Assembly (NCBI GenBank): GCA_964057225.1 | Contig: OZ059900.1 | Location: forward strand, 13,764,001-13,828,000 | Origin: Auanema rhodensis | Lineage: Eukaryota; Animalia; Nematoda | Length of the DNA: 64,000 nt | Direction: 5' to 3' | Shown: positions 12,601-34,166 of the stretch, in pieces | How the letters are laid out: each line of letters opens with the position of its first letter | Position numbering within the stretch: position 1 is the stretch's first letter | Position numbers and translations under genes: made by a program | Notes under the pieces: generated by a model | Database searches by the model: none | Told to the model about the DNA's origin: nothing | The model's input: only the letters and a program-made list of their open reading frames with translations

Positions 12601-15600
12601 CTAAGACCAAGGGACATAACTCTTTATCCTTTTTACAAGTGCTCAGATTCAATTTATACATTTCGACAGTTTGAAGTATATATGTATGTATATGAATTAT
12701 TATTACTCATAGTAGTGTCGACGGAGAAAATTGCTGCTATTATTCTAAGACAAAAAGACAATCCATTTCACGCAAATGTGGTATCCTTTGTACCTTGTAT
12801 ACCCTCTTCTGTTGACTCTTGTGATACTTGTATGACAAAACAATCTCTTCTCTTCATCTAGCACAATCGATTGATCAGAATACCGGGCTACGTTTGTATG
12901 CGGACACTCTCTTGCCGCAGTTTGCTGTCTCGTCAATCCTCTAACCATCCTCACCCCTCTACTTCTAATCTTCAACGAAACGAATACACTGTCTAGCGCG
13001 ATACACACACATACATACATATACGTTCTCTTTTCCCTTTTTCAGACCTAATATTGCATTTTTAAAATTTTTCTAACCAGAACATTCAGCTTTAGTCTCA
13101 CAATCAATAAATATTATATTGTTTATGATAAAATTCTATGCTCAGTTTCTTTATCAATCGATCAAAAAAGCTCTGTAAGTGCTCGTATAGTTTTATCTAT
13201 TCAAGTTAGAAATAAGAAATATGTTAATAATGGCTATGAACGATAGAAATATTGAATTCTATCAAGTACTATCTTCATTTTTTCCTCATTTTCCACATTT
13301 TCTATAATTTGCATTTGCTTTTCAAGTGATATTTACCTATATATTATAATCGTGTTTAGTTTAAAATTATATTATAAAACGGATCGCGAATCATATCAAA
13401 ATTTTATTTATTGTATCAAATTTTGAATAATACTCTGAATTTACTCCAATTTTTCAACTCTTGTTTCATGACCATAGTTTATTCAAATAAATGTTCATTC
13501 AACATATTTGTGAATGTTACAAAACCTAAACGTCATATCTGACTTACCGTCCTTGAGTCACCTCTAATCGAGGTCGTTCAAATGTCTATCGGTTATCCTT
13601 CTATAGCCATTGTACCACTGGTTAACAAAAAAAGTGTACTCCAAAAATTTTTCGACAGCTGTCAATTAATCAAAGAAATAGTTCTTTTTCTCGGATCTAG
13701 CCTCTAAATTACCATACGTTCTTTTAACTTTTTTTTGTGGTCATATCAGATATTAGGCATCTGTCTAGGTTTTTAAATTCTCAATTTTTTCTTGTTCTGC
13801 ATGGAACAGAAATATATTTGAACTTTTTTATCATTCATTTACTCTTCATCATATTAATTTCAAAATTTCGTTGATGTGAATATCAATAATGGAAGAATTC
13901 CTACAAATTTATTATCCTCTTTCAGTGTTTGTTATAATCTGTTTTTGATTCATCTTAACTTCAATTTCACTCTCACATATAATTTTTTCTTTTAATCAAA
14001 AAAAAATTTTAAAGGTTTTTTTTTTAGAAAACATTGATCTTTTTATTCAATTTCATTAAATCTTGTTTATTTCCCGTTCAATGTTGGCTAAATATAATGT
14101 AAAATGTAGAAGAATGTACAGACATTACTTTTTTTAGTTAATGAAAAAAATATGAGAAATAGGAAATTAGCCATTAAACATCCTACTTGGGTATAAACGC
14201 CTGTGTTCCCATACAATATTCCAATACGATTCCTAATTTATTCTCTCTTTATTGTTCTCGATTATCGTTAACATAAAAAATATTGTTGAAAAAAATTCAT
14301 GACTCCCGCAGTTATAATCTCTGACCACTAAACTAAACATTGCGAGAAGAAATATTTCTTGTTCTAAAATATCAATGATAACTAGGCGTTTAAGAAATAA
14401 TCAGCTTTAGATAGGCCTAGTGACAATCATATTCGAATGCTTGATTCACGATTTGTCTAAAAACATAATTTCTATTAATTATTAATTCATATATTTTATT
14501 ATTGTTATATCTAAAACTTTTTTTCAATTTTTCAAACCAATTTTCCAACATTTTTCGTTATTGAGCTTGCGGAAGAATCTAAAGTCTTTTATATCCGAAT
14601 CCTCTGTATTTCTTCTTTATATTTGCTTTGCAACAAATACTAAAATGAAAACAAATGGACAATATAGTTTATTTTTTTCATACTTCAGAAGCACGAAAAA
14701 AAAAGAATTGTGCTATAAAGACCACCCTATCAAAATGATTGGCATTATATTTTATAATGTAATGTACGCAATGTACGCAAAATGTTTATTTAAAATACTG
14801 CGCGTCTATTCAAAAGGACACAAAGTTGCCATTGTTATAGAACACCTATTCGTACAATTCAATGTATAACTTTTGATTTTTTTAATATATATATTGAATA
14901 GCAAGTGTGTGAGAAACTATACATGATTATTCATTTATTTCTTATTAATTATAACATATTTCCTTCATATTTTAATTTTACTCATTATGATGATTTGATT
15001 ATTTTTATATATCGGTATGCTTTAGGTGAATTTTGCTTTGACTCGCCTTAAAACGTTTATTCATTTTATGTCCACGAACAAAAAATTGTTCGTAAACAAG
15101 ATTTTAGAAAGTGTGCATCATCATCACGCTCGGTCAACTTTCACTCTCATTATTTGCACTAGTGTATTTTAAAACATGACATGTTCAGATGATCGCAAAT
15201 ATATTTTCTGCTCATCTCAACTGTTATAGGGATAGTATCATGGTTGATTTGATATACATCTCATAACCTCTTCTCTCAATGCTACGTTAGATCCTACAGA
15301 TTTTGAGATAATCTCTTATGTATATCTTGATCTTGTATTTCAATAATCAACTTGCGATAAGATACTTGAAACAATAAGACAAGAGAGTTGGCAAAGAAAC
15401 AAGATAACCTATTTGTGCTGCTTCTAATAATTGAACAAAACATTGAAGCAGCTCAGAGTAGACAGAGGTTAACTGTATTTTTCTATTTGTTTTATTCTTC
15501 TGTCCATAATATAGTCAAGTATTTTTCTTATCCATAGATCCATGTTTATTTTTTTTATTGTTACACTGTTTTCTCACTATTCAATTGTCATTGAGCCCAT

Positions 15601-16237
15601 TTCAGCAATCAATTAGATAATATTATTGTAACTTCAACTCACTCATCAAATCATTTTTTTAAATCTCAATACAGTAGGGAAAAACAGCGTAATTTTTGCT
15701 ATGAGTCAGAAGAAACCAATAGTTATTTTGTTTCAGAAATCTTTTTCATATTCTTATTGTCTAATGTGAAAAACGCCCAATCATCAAATCAAAAATCTAA
15801 ACTTCGTGTTTAGTATTTTCTGATATGAGAATTCAAACAATGTTATCTTTATTATATGACCAGTTCTAATCAACGAACATAGTTTCAATTTTTACTTTAT
15901 GATTTCATTTTCGAAAAAAACAACGAATTTTACTGAATTTTGAATTAAACAGTTTCAAATAATTATTGATTATTGTATGTTTGATGCAGATTATTTCATT
16001 TATTATTTCTTCTATATTACAAAATTGAAAGCGACCAGAAAATATAAAAAGAAAAATGTTTTGTTTTTAATAGAAACGTCATAGATATGAATATTATAAT
16101 ACCAATTTTTCTTTTCGTTTCATTTCATTCCTGTTCCTTGTTTGATCGTAGAGCCCTATCAAACAATTGTGACTTTCGCATTATGATTCATATTTTATTC
16201 TCACATATTTCACCAGTTTAAGTTTTGTTTTTGTATG

Positions 16238-16240
<3 letters not shown>

Positions 16241-16271
<31 letters not shown>
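16241..16271. repeat. (TA)n microsatellite upstream of nmy-1 first coding exon
   Basis: About 15 TA units. Confidence 0.9.
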
Positions 16272-16274
<3 letters not shown>

Positions 16275-16456
16275 ATGTGTGTGAACTCAAAACGATATTG
16301 CTGATGAGTAACCATTGGTTGTGATAACGTCAGTTTCTTATGAGAGCTTCTGTTGAAATGTGCGCTCAGTATTACAATATTTCGTTTTTCTCATAACTAT
16401 TTCTCTATTTTATCGTTCGTTTTAACTATAATTACATTTTTTTTGATTTAGGTGTT

Positions 16457-24027
<7,571 letters not shown>

Positions 24028-24715
24028 ACAGATTTTTTTAAATGTTTTATAACTTTTTATATCGCGGTTGTGGCAAACTATGTTTACTTTTATATTACTT
24101 ACGTTACAAATAGTATATTTGTTGAATTTTTATTTGCTCCATATTATGGTATTGCTTGTTTCTTACGATCGCTTCTTTTCGCTCCTTTGAAATTCCTGCT
24201 TTTCATTAATTTATCATATTTATACATCTGTACAATGGGCCTTATATACCGCAAGCACTTGCAACCTCACGTGTGTTATATTGCGAAATAAAAATATAAT
24301 TTATATTTGTTCAAGTCTATTTATATAAGCTATTTAACAATACATATAAACGGCTTGAATTGCTTTAAGCTGTATCATTTTTACAACCAAAATACTCTTG
24401 CTAATGTTGCGTATCTGATTTTTTTGTATGTGAAACTCATGAGTAACAGAGAAATTGACTAACACGTTGATATTTTTATTCACGATAAAATTAAATCAAA
24501 GAGTTCAAAAATAACCATTCGAACTTAATGTATCAAAACAATTAAATAAGAATGAAAGCAGTTGAAGTAGAAATGAGTTTGGATATTTCACAAAATGTAA
24601 ATTCTAAAATAATGAGAAGAAAATCAAATGTTATTTTGGTTATTGTATATTGTGATCAAATATATAAAAAATTCACATGAGGTTCGTTTCGTTAAAAAAG
24701 AAATAATTGCTGTTC

Positions 24716-27506
24716 TTAATTCTTTGAATCGAAGAATGAGTATGTTGGATTTTCATATCCATTGACCTGCATTCCAGCCAAATGTCTTTCTTCCGATGTA
24801 TAAACATCCACCTATATTTAGAGCATATTGTTATCGTATATTTACTAGAAGCAGTACCTCAACAAATCCATGGTGTGCTCGTCGGCGTCTGAGGAATGTG
24901 AGACCAATTAGCAAGAGACACAATGCTGATCCAAACAAGAAGAGGATTTGGGAGAAAGCAACTTGGGAGAAAGCAGCACGGGCGGTTGGTCTGCTTCTAT
25001 CTACGAAACTTTCCCTAATGGTTGCACTGTATTCTTTTTCAGTTATTATTGGTTCGATGTCAACACGGATTTCGCGATTGATGCTTTCTGAGCTATCATC
25101 ATCTTCATCCTAAACACAAATTTAAGTTTTACACAGCAATGCTTTCTTACACTCTCGCTGTCGCTGTCACTGTCATCGAAAGTATCGACTGGCTTCAAAA
25201 CATTCAATTTCTTGTCTTCTTGCTTAATAGCTTCCTTGCTATGAATGTGTTCAACAGTTTTCTTCTCAACTTCTTCATCTTGTTCATCTTCATAGAACTC
25301 ATCGTTGTCTTCTTCTGCGTCCTTATCTAGATCAACCGCAGTATTCTAAAACGAAAGTTATTCTTATTAGCTCATTGTTGAAATATTACTTGATCATCAT
25401 TATCTTTTTCTGCTACCTTCACAGGCGTAGCAACAGTTGAGGATGGTCCACGTACATTCAACTTGGCGGGATGAAGTTTCTTGTAAGATTCCTTCAATTT
25501 ATTTTCGAATATAATGCGGCTCATATCCCTTCTTACAGTGTATAAATCTACGAGTTTCTTGTTTATAGCTTCAGCATCCAAAGAATTCATCTTACTGATA
25601 TCTTTGTCGTTAATGTCTGGAGTATTGTCATGGCGGAATTCGGTCCAATAAGAAACTAAAATGGAAGACTATACATCTGGGATTCTCAAGTATGGCTTAC
25701 GGATAACATCTCGAATTTGGTTTTCAATTTCTGGGAAATCGCGGAGCATAGCTAGTGTAGCGTTTATGCGAAGATCGATATAACTTGAAAAAATTAAATA
25801 GATAATTGTTTTCTGCTGTAGTAACTATACCGAAGTTTGTGAAGAAGGAGAGGCTTGAAGTCTTTGGCTTCAGTTGTAGATGTACGTAACATATGACGAT
25901 ACTTGTTCAATTGATGAAGACGATCTTTTTCTTCGGCACGAATGTATTTCTAAATATATAGATATTTAAGTAATTTTATCGGAAACTCACTTTCAATGTA
26001 CGAAGAACTTCAGACTTATTGGGGCTGGTAACCTGATTTGCTAAGGTAGTTCTGAATTGGTGAGTAGCTTGACGAATCTTCTCGTTCAAAGCAACAGTAA
26101 CGCGCTCATCATGCACAGTTCTGAGATCTTGTCTCTCTTTTTTGTTCTCCTCTTCCAATGATGCTACAGTCTAAACAATAATTCATAGAAATATATACTA
26201 AAAGTTTTCTCACAGCTTGGAATCTTGCAGTCATATCAGTTTTCATTTTGTCAGCTTCTTTAGGATCTGCTTTCTTAATGTTATGATAACGCTCGTTCAA
26301 TTCGGACCACTCTTTCATCACTTTTTCAATCTTTTCGCGGTGTTTTTTCTCAAGACGATCCATTGCATCCAAGAATAATTCATGCTCATTGCTCAAGTCA
26401 ACTTTCTTGAAATACTCGTCTTGTTCTAAAGTTTTTTCCGCATCTTCATCATTTTCTGTGTATGACTCTTCATCATCGTCATCCTCTTCACTATCTTCAT
26501 CGTCTTCATCAGTGATGTCTGCCTTTTCTTTGACAGTTTCCGTTTCGGCAATTTCCACCTCAACAGGCTTTGGGACGCCAGGAGGACAGCAGACAAATTC
26601 AACGCCTCCGAAAATATCAAGGCCGCATGGCTCTAATAAAGCAAAGGAATTCAATTCCATTCTTTTGTTTTTATGTTCCTAAATAAGACTTTGAATTGTG
26701 TCAGCATGTAGACTATACCTTCTCAGTGCAACTGTTTTGGGCCTTCTTCTCCCAGAATTGTTTGTCATTGCATAATTTTCGAGAGCTGAAATGGGAGAAA
26801 ATGCAATCTTTTGGAACTTGCAGAGCTTCAGAATGGAATTCATCTTCTAAAATAGGAAATGTTTGATAAATTATTTACAAAAGTAGTTTTACCAATGCAC
26901 ATGTATGGCCGAACGATATGTCTATATTTGCATTGGTTTCCTTCTTCACGGCACCAATTGCTAATATCAAAACTATGCGAAAATTCGACAATATTGGTAA
27001 TATTCATTCTTGGGTAGACCTGAACAAAATTTTGAAAGTTATTAACACGCATTTTGTCCAAAAAAAACCTTTTTGCAATATTTTAAAATATCCAACTTTC
27101 CAGCCAGACATGTGGCATATCTATCCTCATCATGTACCCATATGCCAGATTCAGACTCATACATATTTCTGTATCCGCATTGGAAAGCGACCAATGGCTT
27201 AAATGCATGACGCTTCAATTCGCTCGCCTACAAATATAACTTCAAATTCTATTGTTCGACCTCTGATATATTTGCTGTTTAGAAGTCATGTGACAAAACA
27301 TCCTTTGATCTAATACTTTGTTTAATAGGTCATGGTCGAAAGACAATTCTTGTATTTTATCATATCTTTTATATCATTTTTTATAAAAAAATTCAAAAAT
27401 TAATATAGTTTACATATATATGTGTATATTCAAAATAGCTTACCTCACATAAGGCGGCAATTAATACCGTTAATAACGTTATAAACATTAGGTTAACCGA
27501 AGTCAT
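24716..27506 (-). CDS. apl-1: Amyloid precursor-like protein
   Basis: Signal peptide, E1 domain ([35 protein letters not shown]), acidic tract, E2 domain (VHDERV..ALNEK), TM segment, C-terminal [19 protein letters not shown]. Confidence 0.95.
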
Positions 27507-29965
27507 CTGTAATATTATTGATTTTAATAGCATATGCACAAATCTGGTTATTATTAGAAAACAATTTGATGAGTCATCAATGCGTGAAAAAAAACGAGTC
27601 AGCACATGTAAAAGAAGAAGATAAAGGGTTAGTCATAGAGAAGAACATGAGAATGAAAATGTGATAGAGATATAGTGAGGATGAATACAAAAAAGGATTT
27701 GAAGTAAAAGGACAAGGCTATGCAGATGAACAAAAGACACAAAAAAACAAGATGATGAGACATACAATGAATACCATACAGCTGGTACGTCAAGTATATT
27801 TCAATTAAAATCAGGCAAGAGGCTATAGTCTAAGGTATAAATTATTTTTGTTCAAAAAAGAAAGATTGCTCCTCATTAAAAGGGTAGAGGGAGGGCAAAA
27901 AGCGAATGAATAATAAGATATTCACCTAGTTTTAGTACATAAAAATGATGACATTGAATTTGATTAGTTTGCATTCAAACATTTTCAAATATAAGAACAA
28001 GAACAACACAAGTATTCGCAATAAGCATTAACTACAACGTTTGTTTACAAACGCATATGCTTACTTTATATAAAAGATTTGATTCAGATATGTTATACAT
28101 TTGAGAACAATCAATATATAGCATACGTGAAAGTACAATTATGGTCGATGACAAACAGGGTTTAAGAAACATGTGCTGTATGCTGAGAGAGTATAGAATG
28201 GTGAAGGTATGACGAGATAGTATGCATTGTTGAGAGAAACTAGGTGAACGGTAACCCCCTTAAAAAAGATAATAGCACAACGAGAGATCAGGTAAAATAC
28301 ACAGAGAGTAAGCGTCTACCAATGATGCAATTCAAAGGTGCGAGAGAGTAGAGAGTGGGCGTTTGAAAGAGAGAGAAACGCAAATAGTGCGTGATGGAAA
28401 AACGATAAGACTACGTATACGCATATATTTATGTAAATATGAGTATTTGCTATTTAGAGCAGAACCAAATGCTTTATATTTTCTGGCGAAGAGAAATCAG
28501 GGATGAAGAGGACTAATTGCAAATAGATCAGTAGCCAACAGTTTGATTCACAACGCTTGTGTGCTGTACTATTCAAATGATTTGGCAGATTTTTTTATTC
28601 ATTTTAATAAAAAGATCGTAAGAATCAAAAAAAGAATAAACAAAATTGTGAAATGAATAAGATTGAATGAATTATAACTACTATATGTATTCTACTCCTA
28701 CTTGAATTTCAAAGAATACAAAATATTTCTTCTGTATTTATGCTTTTTTCAAGTATATTGAGAAAGAAAACAACAAATTATAATCAATATTCTTATATAT
28801 TATATTTTATATGATAAGATGTAGTTATCTTTATTTGGTATTAAAAATGGAAATAACTTATTTATTTCAAGATAATTGGTTTCATTTTAGATCTAGAGAA
28901 CGAAGAGAGTATGAACAATTCAAAATAATTCAATTTAAAACTAAGGAAAAGAAAGTAATGACTTTCAATACCAAATGTCATCTAGAAATATGCCAATACA
29001 TAACATTGCAGTCTCATACTTTCAAGGTACTTGCAGTATGATATGAAAAAGCCTATATGACACAATATTGCAAGAAACGGCTCACTCCATGTTTTAATGA
29101 GAAATGTAGCGCTTCCTTCAACATCATTAAAGAAAATATATAACACTTAAGTTTGCATACTGACAACGTAATTTAGAAATACCAGTTCACATAAAAACGA
29201 ACCATATCAACACAAACTATGCATCTCATACTCATGAAAATATAAAACGCTTAAAACTTGCATGTGCAAAACTAACTTCAAGGCTTAAATGAAGAATGAA
29301 AGATATAATTGAAAAACTTTTCAAGCAAATCACACAGAAATTCTAGAACATGTTGAGATAATTCAATGCTGATAAACAAGAAAACAATATGTTAACTTTG
29401 TGCTGAATTAATCTCGTAGGGTATTCGAGTAGTGCTCTGCATCGTACAGACAGACCTTGAATACTAGTCGACTACATATAATCAATACAGATAGATGAAC
29501 GAAAGGAAAGAGAGAGTGTGTTCTAAATGAAGAGAGTCTCCAAATGAACGAACAACATTCGGCATATACTGTATTATTGATCAGAACCGGTCATACATTT
29601 CCTCTGTGTGCATATAGCAGCAGAAAGAGGAGGGATATACCGAAAGATGAGACTGAGGCTGGGTTAAGTGGGCAGAATACATTGAAACGGCATCTATTGT
29701 CTGTGTATGTCTGCTACTTTACCATCTGTCTTGCGCTCTACCTCTACCATCTCAACCGTTTTCTCTAGCTGACCTTCATTTGTATTATCATCTCTGTTGA
29801 TTCATTGTCATTATCTAGCTATAATTCTCTTACACTCTTACATTCTGTAGCTTTATTTGTAAATAGAACATGCGATGTTTCGCTGAATGTTTTTTTCTCT
29901 CGTTTCTCTTCATTATTGCTTTCTCTATTGCTTTCTGTGGTTTTCCCCTTCTTTCTCTCATGCTA

Positions 29966-30045
29966 TCTCTCTCTCTCTCTCTCTCTCCCTCTCTCTCTTT
30001 CTCTCTCTCTTCCTCCCTCTCTCTCTCAGTTTCTGTCTCTCTCTT
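29966..30045. repeat. Imperfect (CT)n/(GA)n tract upstream of apl-1
   Basis: About 80 bp of CT repeats. It accounts for the spurious S/L-rich ORFs at 29.8-30.1 kb. Confidence 0.85.
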
Positions 30046-33000
30046 TTATTGCTCTCCCACCTAGATTCAAGTGCACTCTCATGAAATCTCAAACTTATAC
30101 GTATGATTACTTATTCTAGTATCCTCATAGCTTGCTGTCGCTTTTCAATTTTCTCTGAATCTCTTTATTACCAGCCCCAATCATTAGGTTAATGAAAAGC
30201 AAACGTTTTATGTCAACCTTCTTAAGTAAATAACTTTTGTAAGCAGTTCATTTGATTTGTTAGTTTAAAACAGTCGTTTCAAGATAAAAAAATATCGGAA
30301 CTTATCGATTATATAGAACTTTGACAACAATGATTAAAATTATGGCTGTTTTGCACAACTCTATAACAATATTACAAACCGACGTCAAGAAAAGCGACAG
30401 ATAAATTTAAAGCAATTGAGGACAAGATTAAGCTCTATTTCAATTTTAAAATTATAGTATTTGTGTGGTCTAGAAAACAGTTGCAAAATTGAAAAAAAAA
30501 ACGCTTAGTATAGATGAAAGAAATTCGCTTCAGAATTCTTTTTATTTTTTTTTGAATAAATAATTCTTATGAGACAATATAGTAGAGTAATGAACACTGT
30601 TATAATAATGAAATTCAAACCATACAACGGATGTAAACAAATGAAAGAAATGCAAGTACTTATCGATGGTTATGAAAATGTGGCTCTTCTTTTACTTTCT
30701 GAACTTGTAACCAAAAAGACAAACGCGAAAAACATGTTTCAATTGTTTTTTAATGTTGAAGAACGCGCCAAGATTGCTTAGTAATATTTTTGTGTAACTA
30801 GGCAAGAAGTGGGAAAATCAGGCAATTGCTATCTATGTTTCAGTTTATTATTAGAAAACCGCTTCACACTAAATATGTCATTACCGCAATGACATGATGT
30901 AAGTTGTATATGCTTGATAATAGTGAATGATGGAACGGTAATTGTTTAAACAAGAACCAAAATAAATAAAATAAGGGAAAACTTAAAAGTTACATACTAC
31001 AAAATGATAATGATTGTGAGAAAAAGGTTTTGAAAAAAAGGGAAGTTTTATCCAAGTACATTTAAAATTTAATGTGATCTATTAAACACGATAATTGTGA
31101 TTGAGTTAATTAGAACAAAACCAGTTTGTGGTTGAACGTCTTTAGTTCTTTAAAAAAGGTTAAAACTCCATTTGAGAGATATTGTATAATCTCTCACCAC
31201 AATCTCAAATTATTCACAATCATTTCTTTATTTTCAGTTTTTCCTTAATAGATCACAATTGATTTTATTGTGATAAAACATGATTGATGAAAGAAACCTG
31301 ACAAATGTTTAATTTACGAAGACGAACACTGACTGATTCTCAGCAAGACAACTAATTCGAATAAAATATGAAATATTATAAAGAAAAAGGTTGTGATACA
31401 CACTGATTATTGAATATCAATATGTACGAATGCATGTGTATATGCATCTAGTATAAGAGAGGAATACATAGGAACAAGTGAAAGAAGGAAAGAAAGAGAG
31501 TAAGTGTGCATGGAAACAAGATGTAGAGATTATCAGAAATAGAGAGAGTAAAAACTTGCGCAGACACAGAAAAGGCCACAGAGGAGAGCGCGTGACAATT
31601 GCTAGAAATGGCTGGCGTGTTGAAATAGACATTCAGAAAGTCAGAGACGCAGACATACTTCCCTATATATTTATGCTCGGTCGCCAAGGGAGGTAAGAGG
31701 AAGAAGGAGAGCTTTCAATACAATCGGATTGAGCGAGTAGGGTTGGTGAGGGAGAGAAAAGAAATGGAAACAAGCGGGTTGGAAGAAAAAGTAGATGCCG
31801 AAACGAGGACTAATAGTTCTACGACAAAGACATTTGTGTAGGAATGGGGGAAATAATGTTATTAAAATACTGGTAAAGAAAAGAAATTTTTGGATAAGAT
31901 AAAATGGAATTAGAAGAGAAAGAGAGAGCAGAAGTTTTTCAATGAAAAATAAGAAAAACATGAACTAAGTAACTTTGTATGGTAATAGAAGTGAAAGCAT
32001 TGATTTTTATCACATAAGATGTAAGAGAAATATAGCATTCATATGTAAATATGCGTATATATAGATATAGATATATATGCTTATGTGTGTAGCTTTTCAC
32101 ATGTACAACTCAAAAAAAATGTATATATTAGCTATATTTGTCAAAATGGCAATGCTTCTGGTTTCTAGGAACTTGGGAAGAACAAGTAAAGAGCCTGATA
32201 ACATAAAACATGTGTATGTATGTATGTGTGAGAGAGAGAGGAAAAAAGAAAGAAAGTAATAGAGACATATACTTGGCATGACAAGAATAGCAAAACGAAA
32301 AAAGGCAGAAAGATCAGCACAAGCAAGATTGGTATATGCATTCTGCTTATTCTTTTTATTTTTTATTTTTTCGTCTCTAATTTTGAAAACTCTAAGAAAG
32401 CAGGCTTCAACTAAAATGTATATAGTTGTATAGGAACATGTTTGATGAAAACAGAAACATACAACTGAATATTAGTTCAACAATAATTAGCATATTGTAA
32501 GATAACAAAACCAAGCTTGGAACATGTTTGAAATATTCAGCCCTCGTAAATGAACAAACATGAGTGAGAAAAAACTAAAAAGCATTGCAGAGAAAATATA
32601 TTTCCGACACAAACTTCGCTTTTTGAAGACTTTTTAGGAATAAAATTGTGAGGCGCAGCACAATAATATGACCCAGGTAGTTGAAAAGGCTAAACGAAGT
32701 TATTCAACTCATTCTCACACGAGTTGTCATGTTCTGCAATTACACTCAGCAATCCATAGTATGCCGCATTATTGTTTCTAGGCAAATGTTTTTTATTATT
32801 TAGTTAGGACTAACCAGATTGTGACTGGAAATAATTAGACAGGCAATCTATTCACACTTTCGTAGTTGTCCAATTCTATATTGATTTGTCTTATTTACAT
32901 CCCCCCATCAGCATGCAGTGAGGAAAACGCAAAACATGCTTGAAGATATGAATAAACAACGTTATATAGCTTTTTGTCTAGTACTTATATATTTTTTTCT

Positions 33001-34166
33001 TGTTGAAAACATACAGGAAAACGATAAAGATATATTGAGCTTTGATCTTATTCGTCAGTGAATCTCAAGAATCTCAATAGATTAATCAAAGAAAACTTAT
33101 ATGTAAGCATATATAAGTAGCTTTAATCTGTATATCCATGGCAACAATCTTAAATATTTAAAATCAAATAATAACAGAAATTAGATTAAATATTATAACA
33201 GAGAAGTATTTCATCAAGCAACAGAACAAGAATAGCGTATACCAAAAAGAATTATTTATACTTCATAATATTCAATTAGAAATATCAAATCATACGTAAT
33301 CGAAAAAAAACCGAATGCTTTAAATAGATTCATAGAGCATATTATGCTTATAGCCAATATAATAATTAACAAATTACTGTAAAGTATACTATACGAGATA
33401 GAAAAAAAATTATATAACGAAAGATATATATAATATATATTAAGAATTACTAAATATCATTTTATGCGAAAGATTTCATACTTTTCAAGCGAATTCACAG
33501 AAATTTATTATTCAAATCGTGAGAAACTATTCATATATATGTATATATTGAAAGAAATTTAATGAACCTAAATGCCAATAAGTATTGCTGCTTCCATGCT
33601 AGGTGTTATTTTCCCAATAAATAGAAACAAATTGAATAAAAACTATGTTTCAGTAAATTTATTTCCTGCAAATAGAGACAACCCGAAAAACCGGATAAAA
33701 ATTGCAGCCATGAAATATTAAAAAAAATTTCTTCTACACATTTTTTTCGTATACAATAAATTCAAACTCATAAGTAGTAATGAGACATACAATCTACTAA
33801 AGTTTTACTATGTTCTCACATTCTCAAATAGACAACTAATACTAGAATACGACACTTAGATTTATGTAAGATCAAAGTACAACAAAATTGAAAAATTGAA
33901 ATACAAATCAACTCTAAATTCAACAAATGTGGAAATTTAGTTGAAAAATGATACAATCATTTTTTATTCATTAACTAATAGAATAATAATAATATTAAAC
34001 AACTTTGTTTAAATAATACAATTTCTTTTACTTCCTTATCTTCTCAATTTAATATCAATTATTTTATAAACCTTAATAAACCTCTGTTACTTTGAATTTA
34101 TAATCTTATGAACAAAAAAAATCTCTTCTAGTTTCACACTTTCTTTCCTCACAACTTTGAACTCTC

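Noticed and set aside
8500-16400. ORF-track peptides in the aex-2/nmy-1 intergenic region, and similar ones at 27.6-33 kb, 47.3-50.3 kb and 56.2-60.2 kb
   Set aside because: F/L/I/S/Y-rich translations of AT- or CT-rich regulatory DNA, with no coherent exon chains.
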